A stretch of 39,809 bases of DNA from Acidobacteria bacterium CG_4_9_14_3_um_filter_49_7 (lineage in GTDB: Bacteria; Acidobacteriota; Holophagae; Thermotomaculales; Thermotomaculaceae), in the NCBI GenBank assembly GCA_002789615.1, contig PFTO01000166.1, positions 7,883 to 47,691 on the forward strand. Direction: 5' to 3'. The first letter of the stretch is position 1. Each line of letters opens with the position of its first letter. This document shows positions 27,900-36,381 of the stretch, piece after piece. The position numbers and the translations under genes are program-made. Below the pieces are notes generated by a model. The model made no database searches, was not told the DNA's origin, and saw nothing but the letters and a program-made list of their open reading frames with translations.

Positions 27900-28961
27900 T
27901 TAAGCGGTCAGTGCCTGCCATGCCTTCTTCACCATCCAGACCATCACGAAAATCCCGGCCACCAGTGAAACCAGAAACAGAACCATGGGCGAATACTCCG
28001 ATGCCATTTTCAATTGATCCAGGGTAAAGAATTTTCCAAGATAACCGGTCCTGAGAAAGGCCCGCATGAAAGTCATGAGATAGACCAGCACTGTCAACAC
28101 TACGGTAGTCGCAAGCACTTTTTTGCGAAAAGAAAAGACCAGCATCAATACAACCAGGATCAGCGCCAGGACAAATAGTCCGGTTGCGAGTCCGTTCTTC
28201 CCCATGAACATCATCATCACCGGTTTCGGCTGACTGGCAAGGAACCAGATGCCAAGGAGAATGGAGATAATCGTAAACATATTGAAAACCTTCATCCCCA
28301 CAGCTTCTCCATAGGCAGCGAGCTCCGGATCACTCTTTGACTTCAACCTGGTGATGAGGGCGGTATAAAGACCTCCGACGGCGATGGCACCGATCACCAT
28401 GTGTAAGTACCGGGGCAGAAAGGTGGGATGACCGGAGGCCAGCATTGTTCCACTCATGTGTTGAAAGTAACCGGAAAACTTGTCCGGCAGCGTCATCAAC
28501 AACATGTTGTTGCTGAGAAAGTAGGCAATGGTAATGAACAGTATGAACACAATGGAAATCACCCATCCGCCTGCCTTCCCCAGCTTTTCAAAGCGAAAAT
28601 CATATAAATAAGCACCGAAATAGGCCAGGATGAGGATGGGAATAATCAGGATCCAGAAAGCAGCCATCAGGATAGAGCTGGTATAAAAAAACTGCCCGTA
28701 AAGCACTTGAACAAAGAGCAGAGGTGCCACCCCGAAAGTGACAGTAAAGGCAACCAGCAGTGGTAGAAGGATAGCCAAGAAATAGGCCAGTCTGCGATTT
28801 ACTTCGCCTCCTTTGAAGCGCTGAACCATCGAGATACCGGCTGAACCCAGCATGGCGTTCATAAAGAGAAGGTGAATGGGAAAGGTAAGGAGGAGGAGGA
28901 ATTGAAGCCAGCCCCATGCCACAGGGAGAGCGTCCGGTGTGGGAATAAATTGATCGTTCAT
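27900..28961 (-). CDS. polytopic membrane protein in the subunit-II (CydB-like) position of the bd-like oxidase operon
   Basis: 353 aa, about 8-9 hydrophobic helices. Its ATG overlaps the upstream stop (ATGA at 28961-28958). No motif recognised; the assignment rests on position and size only. Confidence 0.55.
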   Translation of the reverse strand: MNDQFIPTPDALPVAWGWLQFLLLLTFPIHLLFMNAMLGSAGISMVQRFKGGEVNRRLAYFLAILLPLLVAFTVTFGVAPLLFVQVLYGQFFYTSSILMAAFWILIIPILILAYFGAYLYDFRFEKLGKAGGWVISIVFILFITIAYFLSNNMLLMTLPDKFSGYFQHMSGTMLASGHPTFLPRYLHMVIGAIAVGGLYTALITRLKSKSDPELAAYGEAVGMKVFNMFTIISILLGIWFLASQPKPVMMMFMGKNGLATGLFVLALILVVLMLVFSFRKKVLATTVVLTVLVYLMTFMRAFLRTGYLGKFFTLDQLKMASEYSPMVLFLVSLVAGIFVMVWMVKKAWQALTA

Positions 28962-30727
28962 TTCTGACCTCCTTTCAAAGAATTCAGATAGTCCGCGAGG
29001 TCTTCTTTCTCTGCTTTCGTTCCCTCCATCGGCGGCATCTCTTCAACAAGCTGATTCAGTTTGTCCAATGCGTCCCTGATTTTTGCCCGATCCCATGCGG
29101 CAGTCTTTTCAGCAAGGTCCGAAGATGCGTGGCAAGGGGAACAGTGGTCCTCAAAAACCCTCTTTCCATCCACTGAAGGGACAACAGGTTGCACAGCTTC
29201 TTTATGATTCAGGGAATATAGGAATGCGACAAGCTGGTCCTTTTCAGCGAATGTTCCATCATACGGCGGCATCTCTTTCACAAGCTGGTTCAATTTGTCC
29301 AATGCAGTCCTGATTTTTTGTTGCTCCCAACCAGCAGTTTTTTCAGCCAGATCCGCCAGCTCATGGCAACTGGAACAGTTTTCTTCAAACAACATCTTTC
29401 CCGAATTGTTTCCTGCATTAGACGGTTTTGGCTCACTCACATCCTTGCCGTTCAAATCCCCCGCAATGAAGGCGGCCAGTGCCTGTGCTTCTTTCGGCGT
29501 CCCGGCAAATGGCGGCATGAAATAACGGACTTTGTGAATTTTCCCGATGTATTTCGCCAGTGCGGTGTAACTCATGGACCTGGTCCGGGCAATGATATCG
29601 TTGTTGAACCCGCCGATTGTGTGACAGGCATAGCACTGATTGATGAACAGCTCCCTTCCGGCGGCAGACCGATTCTCCGGTGTTATGGTTCGGTTTCGAA
29701 TCCACCTGGCTGTCTTGAGAAAGCCCTCTTCCTGCAGCATCGGCACATCACTTTTCAGGATTTCATTTGAGTACATGAACTCGTTGACAACGAAGGGCCG
29801 TCTTGCCGCTTCCCTTGTCCATTCAAATGAACCCACAATCAGAAACCCACAGATAAAGGCCAGAACCGCCACCGGTTTCAAGTTCCAGGAAGGTTTTGCG
29901 ATCCCGGCAATCAAGGTGATAATCATGATGCCCACAGCTCCCCAGAATCCCCAGCGTAAGGCTGAAGCAATGGTTGGAGACTGGCCCGTCACAAGATTGT
30001 GGGCGTGGGTCGGCAGCACTGCCACATACCATAGCCCGCTTGGAATGGCCAGGATCAGAGAAACCAGTGTCCATTTGCCGGAAAAACGCGTCATGATCTC
30101 TTTCACAGCTGGTTCTTTTGTAAATGAGGCAGTCAGATAACCGTATGCTCCCGCCAGCATCGTGGCAATGAAGGTGCGGAAAAACACCGACGGCACAAAA
30201 GACGGATTGAAAAATCCACGCCAGAAGTTGTGATGGGCCAACCATGTACCAGGTGTCAGCATAAAGTCAATAATGCCGGTAATCAGAAACAGTGATATCC
30301 ATGCGCTGATGAAGTACACCCAGCCGATGGCCACGTGGGTTCTGTCATCCATTTTGCCAAAGGTGTAGAAATAGATAAATGCGGCGGAAATTTCCAGTAT
30401 GAAAAAGACCCATTCCGTGGCCCATCCGAACACAAAGTTGTGAATCACGAGGGAAATACCGCCCGGGTTTACCAGTGCGACAATAAACCAGATTCCCACC
30501 CCGGTAATGGAACCGTATACCATGGTAAGGAGCAGGAAAAATTTGGCATGGCGTTTTGTGAAGGCTAAAATGCCAGGATCCTGTTCACGCAATCCCTTTT
30601 TTTCGGAGTATACCAGATACAGCCCGCCACCCACCGCAAAATGCGAGACAAATACGTGGGTAACGGCAATCAGGGCTATCAGAAAACCGCCACCAATCGT
30701 GGGCAAGTACCACACAGGAAAATTCAT
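28958..30727 (-). CDS. cytochrome bd subunit-I-like (CydA-like) membrane protein fused to three c-type cytochrome domains
   Basis: 589 aa. CydA-like landmarks: AVTHVFVSHFAVGGG, GWATEWVFFILEISAAF, GSFEWTREAARRPF. The C-terminal 200 aa carry CYACH, CSSCH and CSPCH, each with a downstream MPP motif. Confidence 0.8.
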   Translation of the reverse strand: MNFPVWYLPTIGGGFLIALIAVTHVFVSHFAVGGGLYLVYSEKKGLREQDPGILAFTKRHAKFFLLLTMVYGSITGVGIWFIVALVNPGGISLVIHNFVFGWATEWVFFILEISAAFIYFYTFGKMDDRTHVAIGWVYFISAWISLFLITGIIDFMLTPGTWLAHHNFWRGFFNPSFVPSVFFRTFIATMLAGAYGYLTASFTKEPAVKEIMTRFSGKWTLVSLILAIPSGLWYVAVLPTHAHNLVTGQSPTIASALRWGFWGAVGIMIITLIAGIAKPSWNLKPVAVLAFICGFLIVGSFEWTREAARRPFVVNEFMYSNEILKSDVPMLQEEGFLKTARWIRNRTITPENRSAAGRELFINQCYACHTIGGFNNDIIARTRSMSYTALAKYIGKIHKVRYFMPPFAGTPKEAQALAAFIAGDLNGKDVSEPKPSNAGNNSGKMLFEENCSSCHELADLAEKTAGWEQQKIRTALDKLNQLVKEMPPYDGTFAEKDQLVAFLYSLNHKEAVQPVVPSVDGKRVFEDHCSPCHASSDLAEKTAAWDRAKIRDALDKLNQLVEEMPPMEGTKAEKEDLADYLNSLKGGQK

Positions 30728-30764
30728 ACGTCCCCCCCGTTGTTGATTTCATATCTCAAGCTCA

Positions 30765-30793
30765 ATTATACTGAAAACGACCTTCCATGACAA
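30765..30793 (-). promoter_or_regulatory. promoter of the bd-like oxidase operon (TTGTCA-17-TATAAT)
   Basis: On the minus strand the -35 lies at 30793-30788 and a consensus -10 at 30770-30765, about 38 nt upstream of the ATG at 30727. Confidence 0.5.
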
Positions 30794-30847
30794 TGACGGT
30801 GTGGTAGAATAAAGCTGAATTTAAAGCGAAAAAGTTGGAGGTGTCCT

Positions 30848-31339
30848 TTGGGACAGGTCAATTTTAGTGATTTGGGAAAAAAGATGGCTGCTGAACCCAG
30901 CGCATCCGAAAGGCTTCAGTTGCTGGTCAGCGCTATGGGGATAACATTTGATCTCCCACAGGAAGACGTTACCGTCATGGCAGAGGGCAACGGAGTTCTG
31001 ATTTTCCGGCACCCGAAATCCCTTGCAAAATCTACAGTTCCCATCACAGCAAAGTCCATTGCCGGGCAAACCTTTCAGCAAAACAAGGTCTATGTGTTCA
31101 ATAACCTCAGTGAAATTCAACATGTGGAACTGTTTGAGCATTTTGTACCAAGGGAGGGGGGCGCATTGCCGATTCAACGGATGATTTCCTGTCCCATCCC
31201 CGGCAAATCCGGTCCCAGGGGTGTGCTTCAGGTATGCAGAAAAGGAAAGATTCGGGATAGCGTAGCCCCTTTTTCGCGGTCGGACACCGATACCATTATT
31301 TCTCTCGCAAGAGTCGCGGGACAACACCTCCTGAGATAG
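30848..31339 (+). CDS. stand-alone GAF-domain protein
   Basis: 163 aa. A GAF-like pattern is present (SIAGQTF...VYVFNN...PIQRMISCPI...GVLQV.RKG...F...D...ISLARVAG). TTG start 7 nt after GGAGGTG. Divergent from the oxidase operon. Confidence 0.65.
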   Translation: MGQVNFSDLGKKMAAEPSASERLQLLVSAMGITFDLPQEDVTVMAEGNGVLIFRHPKSLAKSTVPITAKSIAGQTFQQNKVYVFNNLSEIQHVELFEHFVPREGGALPIQRMISCPIPGKSGPRGVLQVCRKGKIRDSVAPFSRSDTDTIISLARVAGQHLLR

Positions 31340-31379
31340 CTGCTTCATGAAAGCCGGAAAATATAATATGGAGTAATCA

Positions 31380-31721
31380 ATGCTTGTAAAACCTTACACA
31401 GAACTCAAACCGGAAAAAGTGGAGATGGAAGGCACAGTAAACACTACGATTCGGTGGCTGATAGCGGAAAAAGAAGGTGCCTCAAATTTTTTTATGCGGC
31501 TGTTTGAAGTGGAACCCGGAGGCCATACTCCCTTTCACAGTCATCCAGGAGAACACGAAATTTTTATCCTGGATGGCAAGGGAAACCTGAACAGTGAGAG
31601 CGGACCGAAGTCCCTGTTGCCAGGGACATTTGCGTTTGTTCCGGGAGGAGAAAAGCACCAGTTTGAGAACACGGGCAGTCAGCCGCTAAAATTTCTCTGT
31701 ATTATCCCCTCGGATTATTAG
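31380..31721 (+). CDS. cupin-domain protein
   Basis: 113 aa. Cupin motifs G.HTPFHSHPGEHEIFILDG and PGGEKHQFEN. Confidence 0.8.
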   Translation: MLVKPYTELKPEKVEMEGTVNTTIRWLIAEKEGASNFFMRLFEVEPGGHTPFHSHPGEHEIFILDGKGNLNSESGPKSLLPGTFAFVPGGEKHQFENTGSQPLKFLCIIPSDY

Positions 31722-31734
31722 GAATATAAGAAAA

Positions 31735-31752
31735 GGTGCCTTTTCAGGCACC
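31735..31752. terminator. bidirectional hairpin between convergent cupin and rubrerythrin genes
   Basis: GGTGCC (31735-31740) / GGCACC (31747-31752) with loop TTTTCA, flanked by A-run and T-rich tracts. Confidence 0.5.
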
Positions 31753-31792
31753 CCTTCTTTAATGCATTTGTATTGTCGCAGAACGACTCAGA

Positions 31793-32389
31793 TCAGTAAT
31801 TTTCTGCCATAACTTCAAAATAAGCCTGTGGATGGGCACATGCCGGACACACTTTTGGAGCTTCAGGGCCTTCGTGAATATATCCGCACTTGGTGCATTT
31901 CCAACGGGTAGGCTGGTCCTTCTTGAAAACTTTTCCTGCTTCAATATTGGCAGCCAGTTTCAGATATCGCTGTTCGTGGGCCCATTCCACTTTCGCAATA
32001 TTGCGAAACAATGCGGCAATCACGGGAAATCCCTCTTCTTCCGCCACATCGCCGAAAGTAGGGTACAACTCAGTGTATTCCTCGTTTTCACCTGCTGCTG
32101 CAGCTTTCAGGTTCTGTAGCGTAGTCCCCAGCTGAACCGGATAATCGGCATCCACGTTCACAATTACCGCCTCGTCGGCGCCCATTCCGGCCACCATTTC
32201 CTTGTAAAAATTCTTGCCGTGGATTCGCTCGTTATCCCCGGTTTCCAGAAACAAGGCTTCAATCTGCTTGTATCCTTCTTTCCCCGCCACGGACGCATAC
32301 ATGGAATAGCGGTTGCGTGCCTGGGATTCTCCGGCAAAGGCTTTCATCAAATTTCCAAGTGTCTTTGTCCCTTTCAATGATTTTGTCAT
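31793..32389 (-). CDS. rbr: rubrerythrin
   Basis: 198 aa. The N-terminus is an erythrin di-iron domain (NLMKAFAGESQARNRY ... E..H). The C-terminus is a rubredoxin-like CTKCGY...CPAC. Confidence 0.95.
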   Translation of the reverse strand: MTKSLKGTKTLGNLMKAFAGESQARNRYSMYASVAGKEGYKQIEALFLETGDNERIHGKNFYKEMVAGMGADEAVIVNVDADYPVQLGTTLQNLKAAAAGENEEYTELYPTFGDVAEEEGFPVIAALFRNIAKVEWAHEQRYLKLAANIEAGKVFKKDQPTRWKCTKCGYIHEGPEAPKVCPACAHPQAYFEVMAENY

Positions 32390-32439
32390 TTCCCCTCCTT
32401 TTTAAAATGGCTGAACAGTTCCGAACAGCCTGATTCTCT

Positions 32440-32883
32440 TCATCTAACCTGTTTGCTCCGCGCACATTCATCACATACGGTTTCGAAAACCACCATTTTA
32501 CTCAACACTTTGTACCGGGCACTCACAGCTTTCGGCACCGGGATGCTGTCAAGCTCGGGAGATTCAAAATCCACAATCCGACCACACCGAACGCACTGGA
32601 CATGGTGATGGGGCAAAGGATTGGTGTCAAAGCGAAGGCCGTTCCCGGTGGCGGGAATCTTGTGCAGAATACCCATATCCACGAAGGTTTGAAGAGTACG
32701 ATTGACCGTGTCAAATGAAACGTTGGGTGAACGGAGTGCAACCTCTCTGGCCACAGCCGCAACGGTGGGATGATTGTGGAGCATGGACAGAATCTCGAAT
32801 ACAAGTGTACGCTGAGGCGTGACTTTCATGCCATATTCCCGACATTTTTTGACAAACCAGTCCATATCGCGTTTCTCTGTCAT
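32440..32883 (-). CDS. Fur-family transcriptional regulator, PerR-like by context
   Basis: 147 aa. Features TPQR winged helix, the HHHVQCVRCG and CDEC metal sites, and a position immediately upstream of rubrerythrin. Confidence 0.85.
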   Translation of the reverse strand: MTEKRDMDWFVKKCREYGMKVTPQRTLVFEILSMLHNHPTVAAVAREVALRSPNVSFDTVNRTLQTFVDMGILHKIPATGNGLRFDTNPLPHHHVQCVRCGRIVDFESPELDSIPVPKAVSARYKVLSKMVVFETVCDECARSKQVR

Positions 32884-32889
32884 AAAAAT

Positions 32890-32918
32890 ATCATAATAAA
32901 CCCAAAGAGATCAGTCAA
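32890..32918 (-). promoter_or_regulatory. candidate promoter of the Fur-family gene (TTGACT-17-TATGAT), placing the start site at or next to the ATG
   Basis: The hexamers lie on the minus strand at 32918-32913 and 32895-32890. Only 6 nt separate the -10 from the ATG at 32883, and no SD is present. Confidence 0.4.
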
Positions 32919-32961
32919 GAGGAAGCATGTTTAAATAAGAGCAGGTACAATTTATTTTAGA

Positions 32962-33888
32962 TCAACTTCCATACAGGCCGGAGCTTAAGTAGCGCTCTCC
33001 TGTGTCCATGATCATGACCACAATTCGTTTACCCGCATTCTCGGTTCGTTTTGCCACTTCGAGTGCCGCCCAGACAGCCGCACCGGAGGAAATCCCAGCC
33101 AAAATACCTTCCAGACGGGCCAGTTTTTGGGCTGTTTCAAATGCGTCTTCATTTTTTACCCGAATTACCTCGTCAATAATATCCCGATTCAAAACAGCGG
33201 GGAAAAAACCGGCGCCAATTCCCTGAATTTTGTGGGGGCCAGGCTGACCGCCTGAAAGAATCGCCGAGTCTTCCGGCTCCACTGCAACTGTTTTGAATTC
33301 CGGATTTCTCTTCTTCAGTTCCTCAGAAATGCCGGTAATGCTGCCGCCGGTGCCGACACCATCTACCAGAATGTCCACCTTTCCCTCCGTGTCGTTCCAG
33401 ATTTCAACAGCCGTATTTTCCCGATGGGCAGCGGGATTTGCCGGGTTCTCAAATTGCTGCAGAATCAAAGCTCCGTCAGTGTTTTCCACAATTTCGGTCG
33501 CCTTCTCAATAGCGCCCTTCATTCCCTTTGCGCCGTCGGTGAGCACCAGCTTCGCGCCCAGCGCCTGTAACAAGGCTCGGCGTTCAACACTCATGGTGTC
33601 CGGCATGGTGAGTATAAGATTGTATCCTTTTACCGCCGCCACCCAGGCCAACGCAATGCCGGTGTTTCCTGACGTGGGCTCCACAAGCACCGTATTTCCC
33701 CTGATTTTTCCTGCCCTTTCAGCCGCTTCAATCATTGAAACACCGATTCTGTCCTTGATACTGCTTCCGGGATTGGTAAACTCCAGCTTGGCCAACACTT
33801 CGGCCACTGATCCTTCGGTAATCCGGTTCAACCGTACCAGCGGTGTATTCCCAGTTAATTCAATGAGATTATTGTAAATGCGTGTCAT
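32962..33888 (-). CDS. cysK: cysteine synthase A (O-acetylserine sulfhydrylase)
   Basis: 308 aa. Motifs NPGSSIKDR (PLP lysine), [10 protein letters not shown] and GTGGSITG. Confidence 0.95.
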   Translation of the reverse strand: MTRIYNNLIELTGNTPLVRLNRITEGSVAEVLAKLEFTNPGSSIKDRIGVSMIEAAERAGKIRGNTVLVEPTSGNTGIALAWVAAVKGYNLILTMPDTMSVERRALLQALGAKLVLTDGAKGMKGAIEKATEIVENTDGALILQQFENPANPAAHRENTAVEIWNDTEGKVDILVDGVGTGGSITGISEELKKRNPEFKTVAVEPEDSAILSGGQPGPHKIQGIGAGFFPAVLNRDIIDEVIRVKNEDAFETAQKLARLEGILAGISSGAAVWAALEVAKRTENAGKRIVVMIMDTGERYLSSGLYGS

Positions 33889-34153
33889 GGTTTTCTCCTG
33901 ACTAATTCGTTTTGTTGATAAAGTTTTTTAAATGAATGGATTGGATAGCATGGATCGTATGGGTCAGGGGCGACAGGTGCAGCTCGAAATGAAGATTGCA
34001 ACCCGTGTGGCGAGTTCTGGTATCTCATTTCGGACAGAAACCTCCCAAAATGCGCAATTGTCCCGGCTTCGACTGCTAATCTTTTCTGAAACCTTGCAGA
34101 AACCTGGACGTGAAGAATATTTCAACTGGCACTCCTTGTGCATTTCCATTGGA

Positions 34154-34182
34154 ATGATATGTGAACACGCTCGCCTTGTCAA
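34154..34182 (-). promoter_or_regulatory. strong sigma70-like promoter (TTGACA-17-TATCAT) about 265 nt upstream of cysK
   Basis: The hexamers lie on the minus strand at 34182-34177 and 34159-34154. I found no better promoter closer to cysK. Confidence 0.45.
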
Positions 34183-34345
34183 GGAATACTTCACAAAAAA
34201 GAAAAGTTTCCGATACACTCCTGCCTCAAGTCCGCCCCCTCCGACTTTCGAAGTTATTTCCCTTTGGGGGGTTCTTCTTTCTTACCGATCTTGTTGTTCG
34301 CAAGTCTGGCATTCCACCGTTTTGCCCATCTATCAAATGAATCCC

Positions 34346-34869
34346 TTAGTGACGCGGCACAACTGAACCAAATATGACGAAACGGACAGAAAACGCCTCT
34401 CTTGCCTCAGATGACGACTTTCCTTCCATGGCCACCTGCCACATGGCCGCTCCCAATGCAGCCCGGTCCGCACCGGATTTGCAGTGGATCAAAACCGGCT
34501 TCGGCACCTTCTTGAAGAATCTCACCAGTTTGTCCAGCATGTCCGGTGAAGCTGGCTTGCTTGCGGAAAGACCAAAATTGTAGTGTTCAATGTGTAACTT
34601 ACGACATGCAACGACCTCTTCCTGGTACCATCTCCGTTCCGGAACCTTGCTTCGAAGGTTGATGACTGAACGGATGCCATATTTGGCCGCATATTGGGCC
34701 ATGTGCTCTGGTCTGACCTGACCGGATCGATAGGCAACGCCGGGGGTAATCGCGTGGAAGTTGTCGCCAATGAGAAGGTGGGCAAACCATCCGACTGAAC
34801 AAAAAACATGAAGACGACAAGAATGAAGAGGCTCTTGAACACCCTTCGGGCCAAGTCAGATTTTGACAT
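34346..34869 (-). pseudogene. membrane-anchored protein tyrosine/dual-specificity phosphatase (HCx5R) interrupted by a frameshift in an A6/T6 run
   Basis: Frame 1 (ATG 34869) gives MSKSDLARRVFKSLFILVVFMFF. After the T6 run (plus strand A6 at 34801-34806) the homologous sequence continues in another frame: CSVGWFAHLLIGDNFHAITPGVAYRSGQVRPEHMAQYAAKYGIRSVINLR...HCKSGADRAALG. One extra T would restore a 174-aa ORF. The downstream frame has no canonical start before M at 34702. Confidence 0.7.
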
Positions 34870-35151
34870 GAACGCTCCTTTTTTGTCAGGCCATGAGTGT
34901 GAAAATGTTTGGGAAAAAACGATAAAGCACGCCTCAGTGCGAAGCTGCATAATTTTCCAAATGGCCAATGCTTAACCTATTCTATGAGTGTTTTTCGATT
35001 CTGTAAAGGAATATGCGAGTCTATGCCAGTCAAACAGCACATCTCCAAAACCTTCACTGCCATCCATCCTTTCAACTCATACACATCCTGATAGCCAACT
35101 CCCTCATCTCATGACGAAATTGCCGGGAACCATTGTTCGTACAGGAAACTT

Positions 35152-35922
35152 CTAACCCTTTTGGTAGGAACCCTGAATTTGATTTTTGTATTTCTTTCTG
35201 TTCCAGACAAATTTCAGTTTCACGGCATTGACCTTGCAGGATTCAATGCATTTTCCGCAGAGAATACATTCGGAATTCGTTATCAGCCCCTTGTTGTTTT
35301 TTATGTAATCAAGCATCGGGATTCGCAAAAGACAATCCTGTTCACATTTTCCGCAGCCCGTGCATTTTTCCACATCAACCACGGGGATAAGGCGCGAGTG
35401 ATGAGCACCTGCTGCACATAAAGTACCCATGAGGCACAGATTTCTGCACCCCCATCTTCGATCAAGCAAAAGCCCGAATATGACAGCCAGTGAAACATCA
35501 ACCATCCACGCAATCTTATAGTGCATACTGAAATCAAGTGCAAGAAAGGAAGGGATGACAGCAAAATTATGGGTGATCCCTTTCCCGGAATTCACAACAT
35601 AGAAAGCGATTGCGGAAGCGAAAAAAAGGATCAGGATCAGCAATCTCACCCATGTCTTCGGCTTGTTCCATTTTGTGGCTCTACTGGCGTGCCGACTTGA
35701 CAGATCGTAAGCCGTTCCCATAAAGCAAAACCAGCCGCAACCGATTCTTCCAAAAAGTGGTGTAATCAGGATAAACCCCATCCAGACGAGTACAACGAAT
35801 GTAACAACCCCCCAATATATTGAATGCCAGATGAAACCGAATGCAAAATACTGGAAGAAAACAGGCGTCAACAACAGAAAAACAATTCTGGAAACAGCGT
35901 TGAGTGAAAATAGTCGCTTCAT
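35152..35922 (-). CDS. membrane-bound polyferredoxin (NapH/MauN/CcoG-like 4Fe-4S binding protein)
   Basis: 256 aa, several TM helices. Motifs GRIGCGWFCFMG and RRWGCRNLCLMG, plus two ferredoxin motifs CTGCGKCEQDC and CILCGKCIESC. Confidence 0.75.
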   Translation of the reverse strand: MKRLFSLNAVSRIVFLLLTPVFFQYFAFGFIWHSIYWGVVTFVVLVWMGFILITPLFGRIGCGWFCFMGTAYDLSSRHASRATKWNKPKTWVRLLILILFFASAIAFYVVNSGKGITHNFAVIPSFLALDFSMHYKIAWMVDVSLAVIFGLLLDRRWGCRNLCLMGTLCAAGAHHSRLIPVVDVEKCTGCGKCEQDCLLRIPMLDYIKNNKGLITNSECILCGKCIESCKVNAVKLKFVWNRKKYKNQIQGSYQKG

Positions 35923-36177
35923 ATTACAACAGTCCTTATTTAAATTGGATGGTTAGCTTCAGGTGACATAAACGCACGATACCACTGCTCAAGTGATCGG
36001 AAAGATTCTTCCGATAGGCCCCTCTCTTACTTGAGTGTCAATTCGATTCCACAGATCATACGAGGACTCGCAAAGGAATGTTTCCACTGGCGTTACTGTA
36101 AGTTCAGCCCCCACAACATTCTTTTTTCTCTTCTCTCGTCAACTGTCACACGTCATTCCCTTTCCCTCACACTCTCG

Positions 36178-36222
36178 CACTCATCACTCATCACTCATCA
36201 CTCATCACTCATCACTCATCAC
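36178..36222 (-). repeat. heptamer tandem repeat, six full units (plus strand TCATCAC; minus strand GTGATGA), flanked by TTCCC-type pyrimidine tracts
   Basis: Counted directly at 36181-36222, plus a partial unit at 36178-36180. It lies in the divergent intergenic region between the polyferredoxin gene and ilvE. Confidence 0.95.
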
Positions 36223-36381
36223 TTCCTTCCCTTCCCTTTGAATCCGGGCCGGTTCAATGGTAGAATGAGTTGAAATTGATTTGAATCCACTGAGCGAATG
36301 ACATGATCATGCTAAGATCCAAAAACTTTTCAACGGGGGCCCCGCTGATTGGGGCAATCGCTCTCACAAACAGGAGGAAAC

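Noticed and set aside
27847-27900. Hairpin plus T-run read as a plus-strand terminator
   Set aside because: No plus-strand gene ends upstream of it. It fits better as the 3' end of the minus-strand oxidase operon (bidirectional-looking stem).
33932-34366. ORFs 33932..34366 (+) and 33964..34218 (-) in the cysK upstream gap
   Set aside because: They have no SD, no recognisable sequence features, and overlap each other. The region is more plausibly non-coding leader or promoter DNA (see finding).
36031-36273. ORFs 36031..36273 and 36035..36241 encoding HSSLITHHSSLITHH-type peptides
   Set aside because: This is a translation artefact of the heptamer tandem repeat and pyrimidine tracts. There is no RBS and the sequence is low-complexity.
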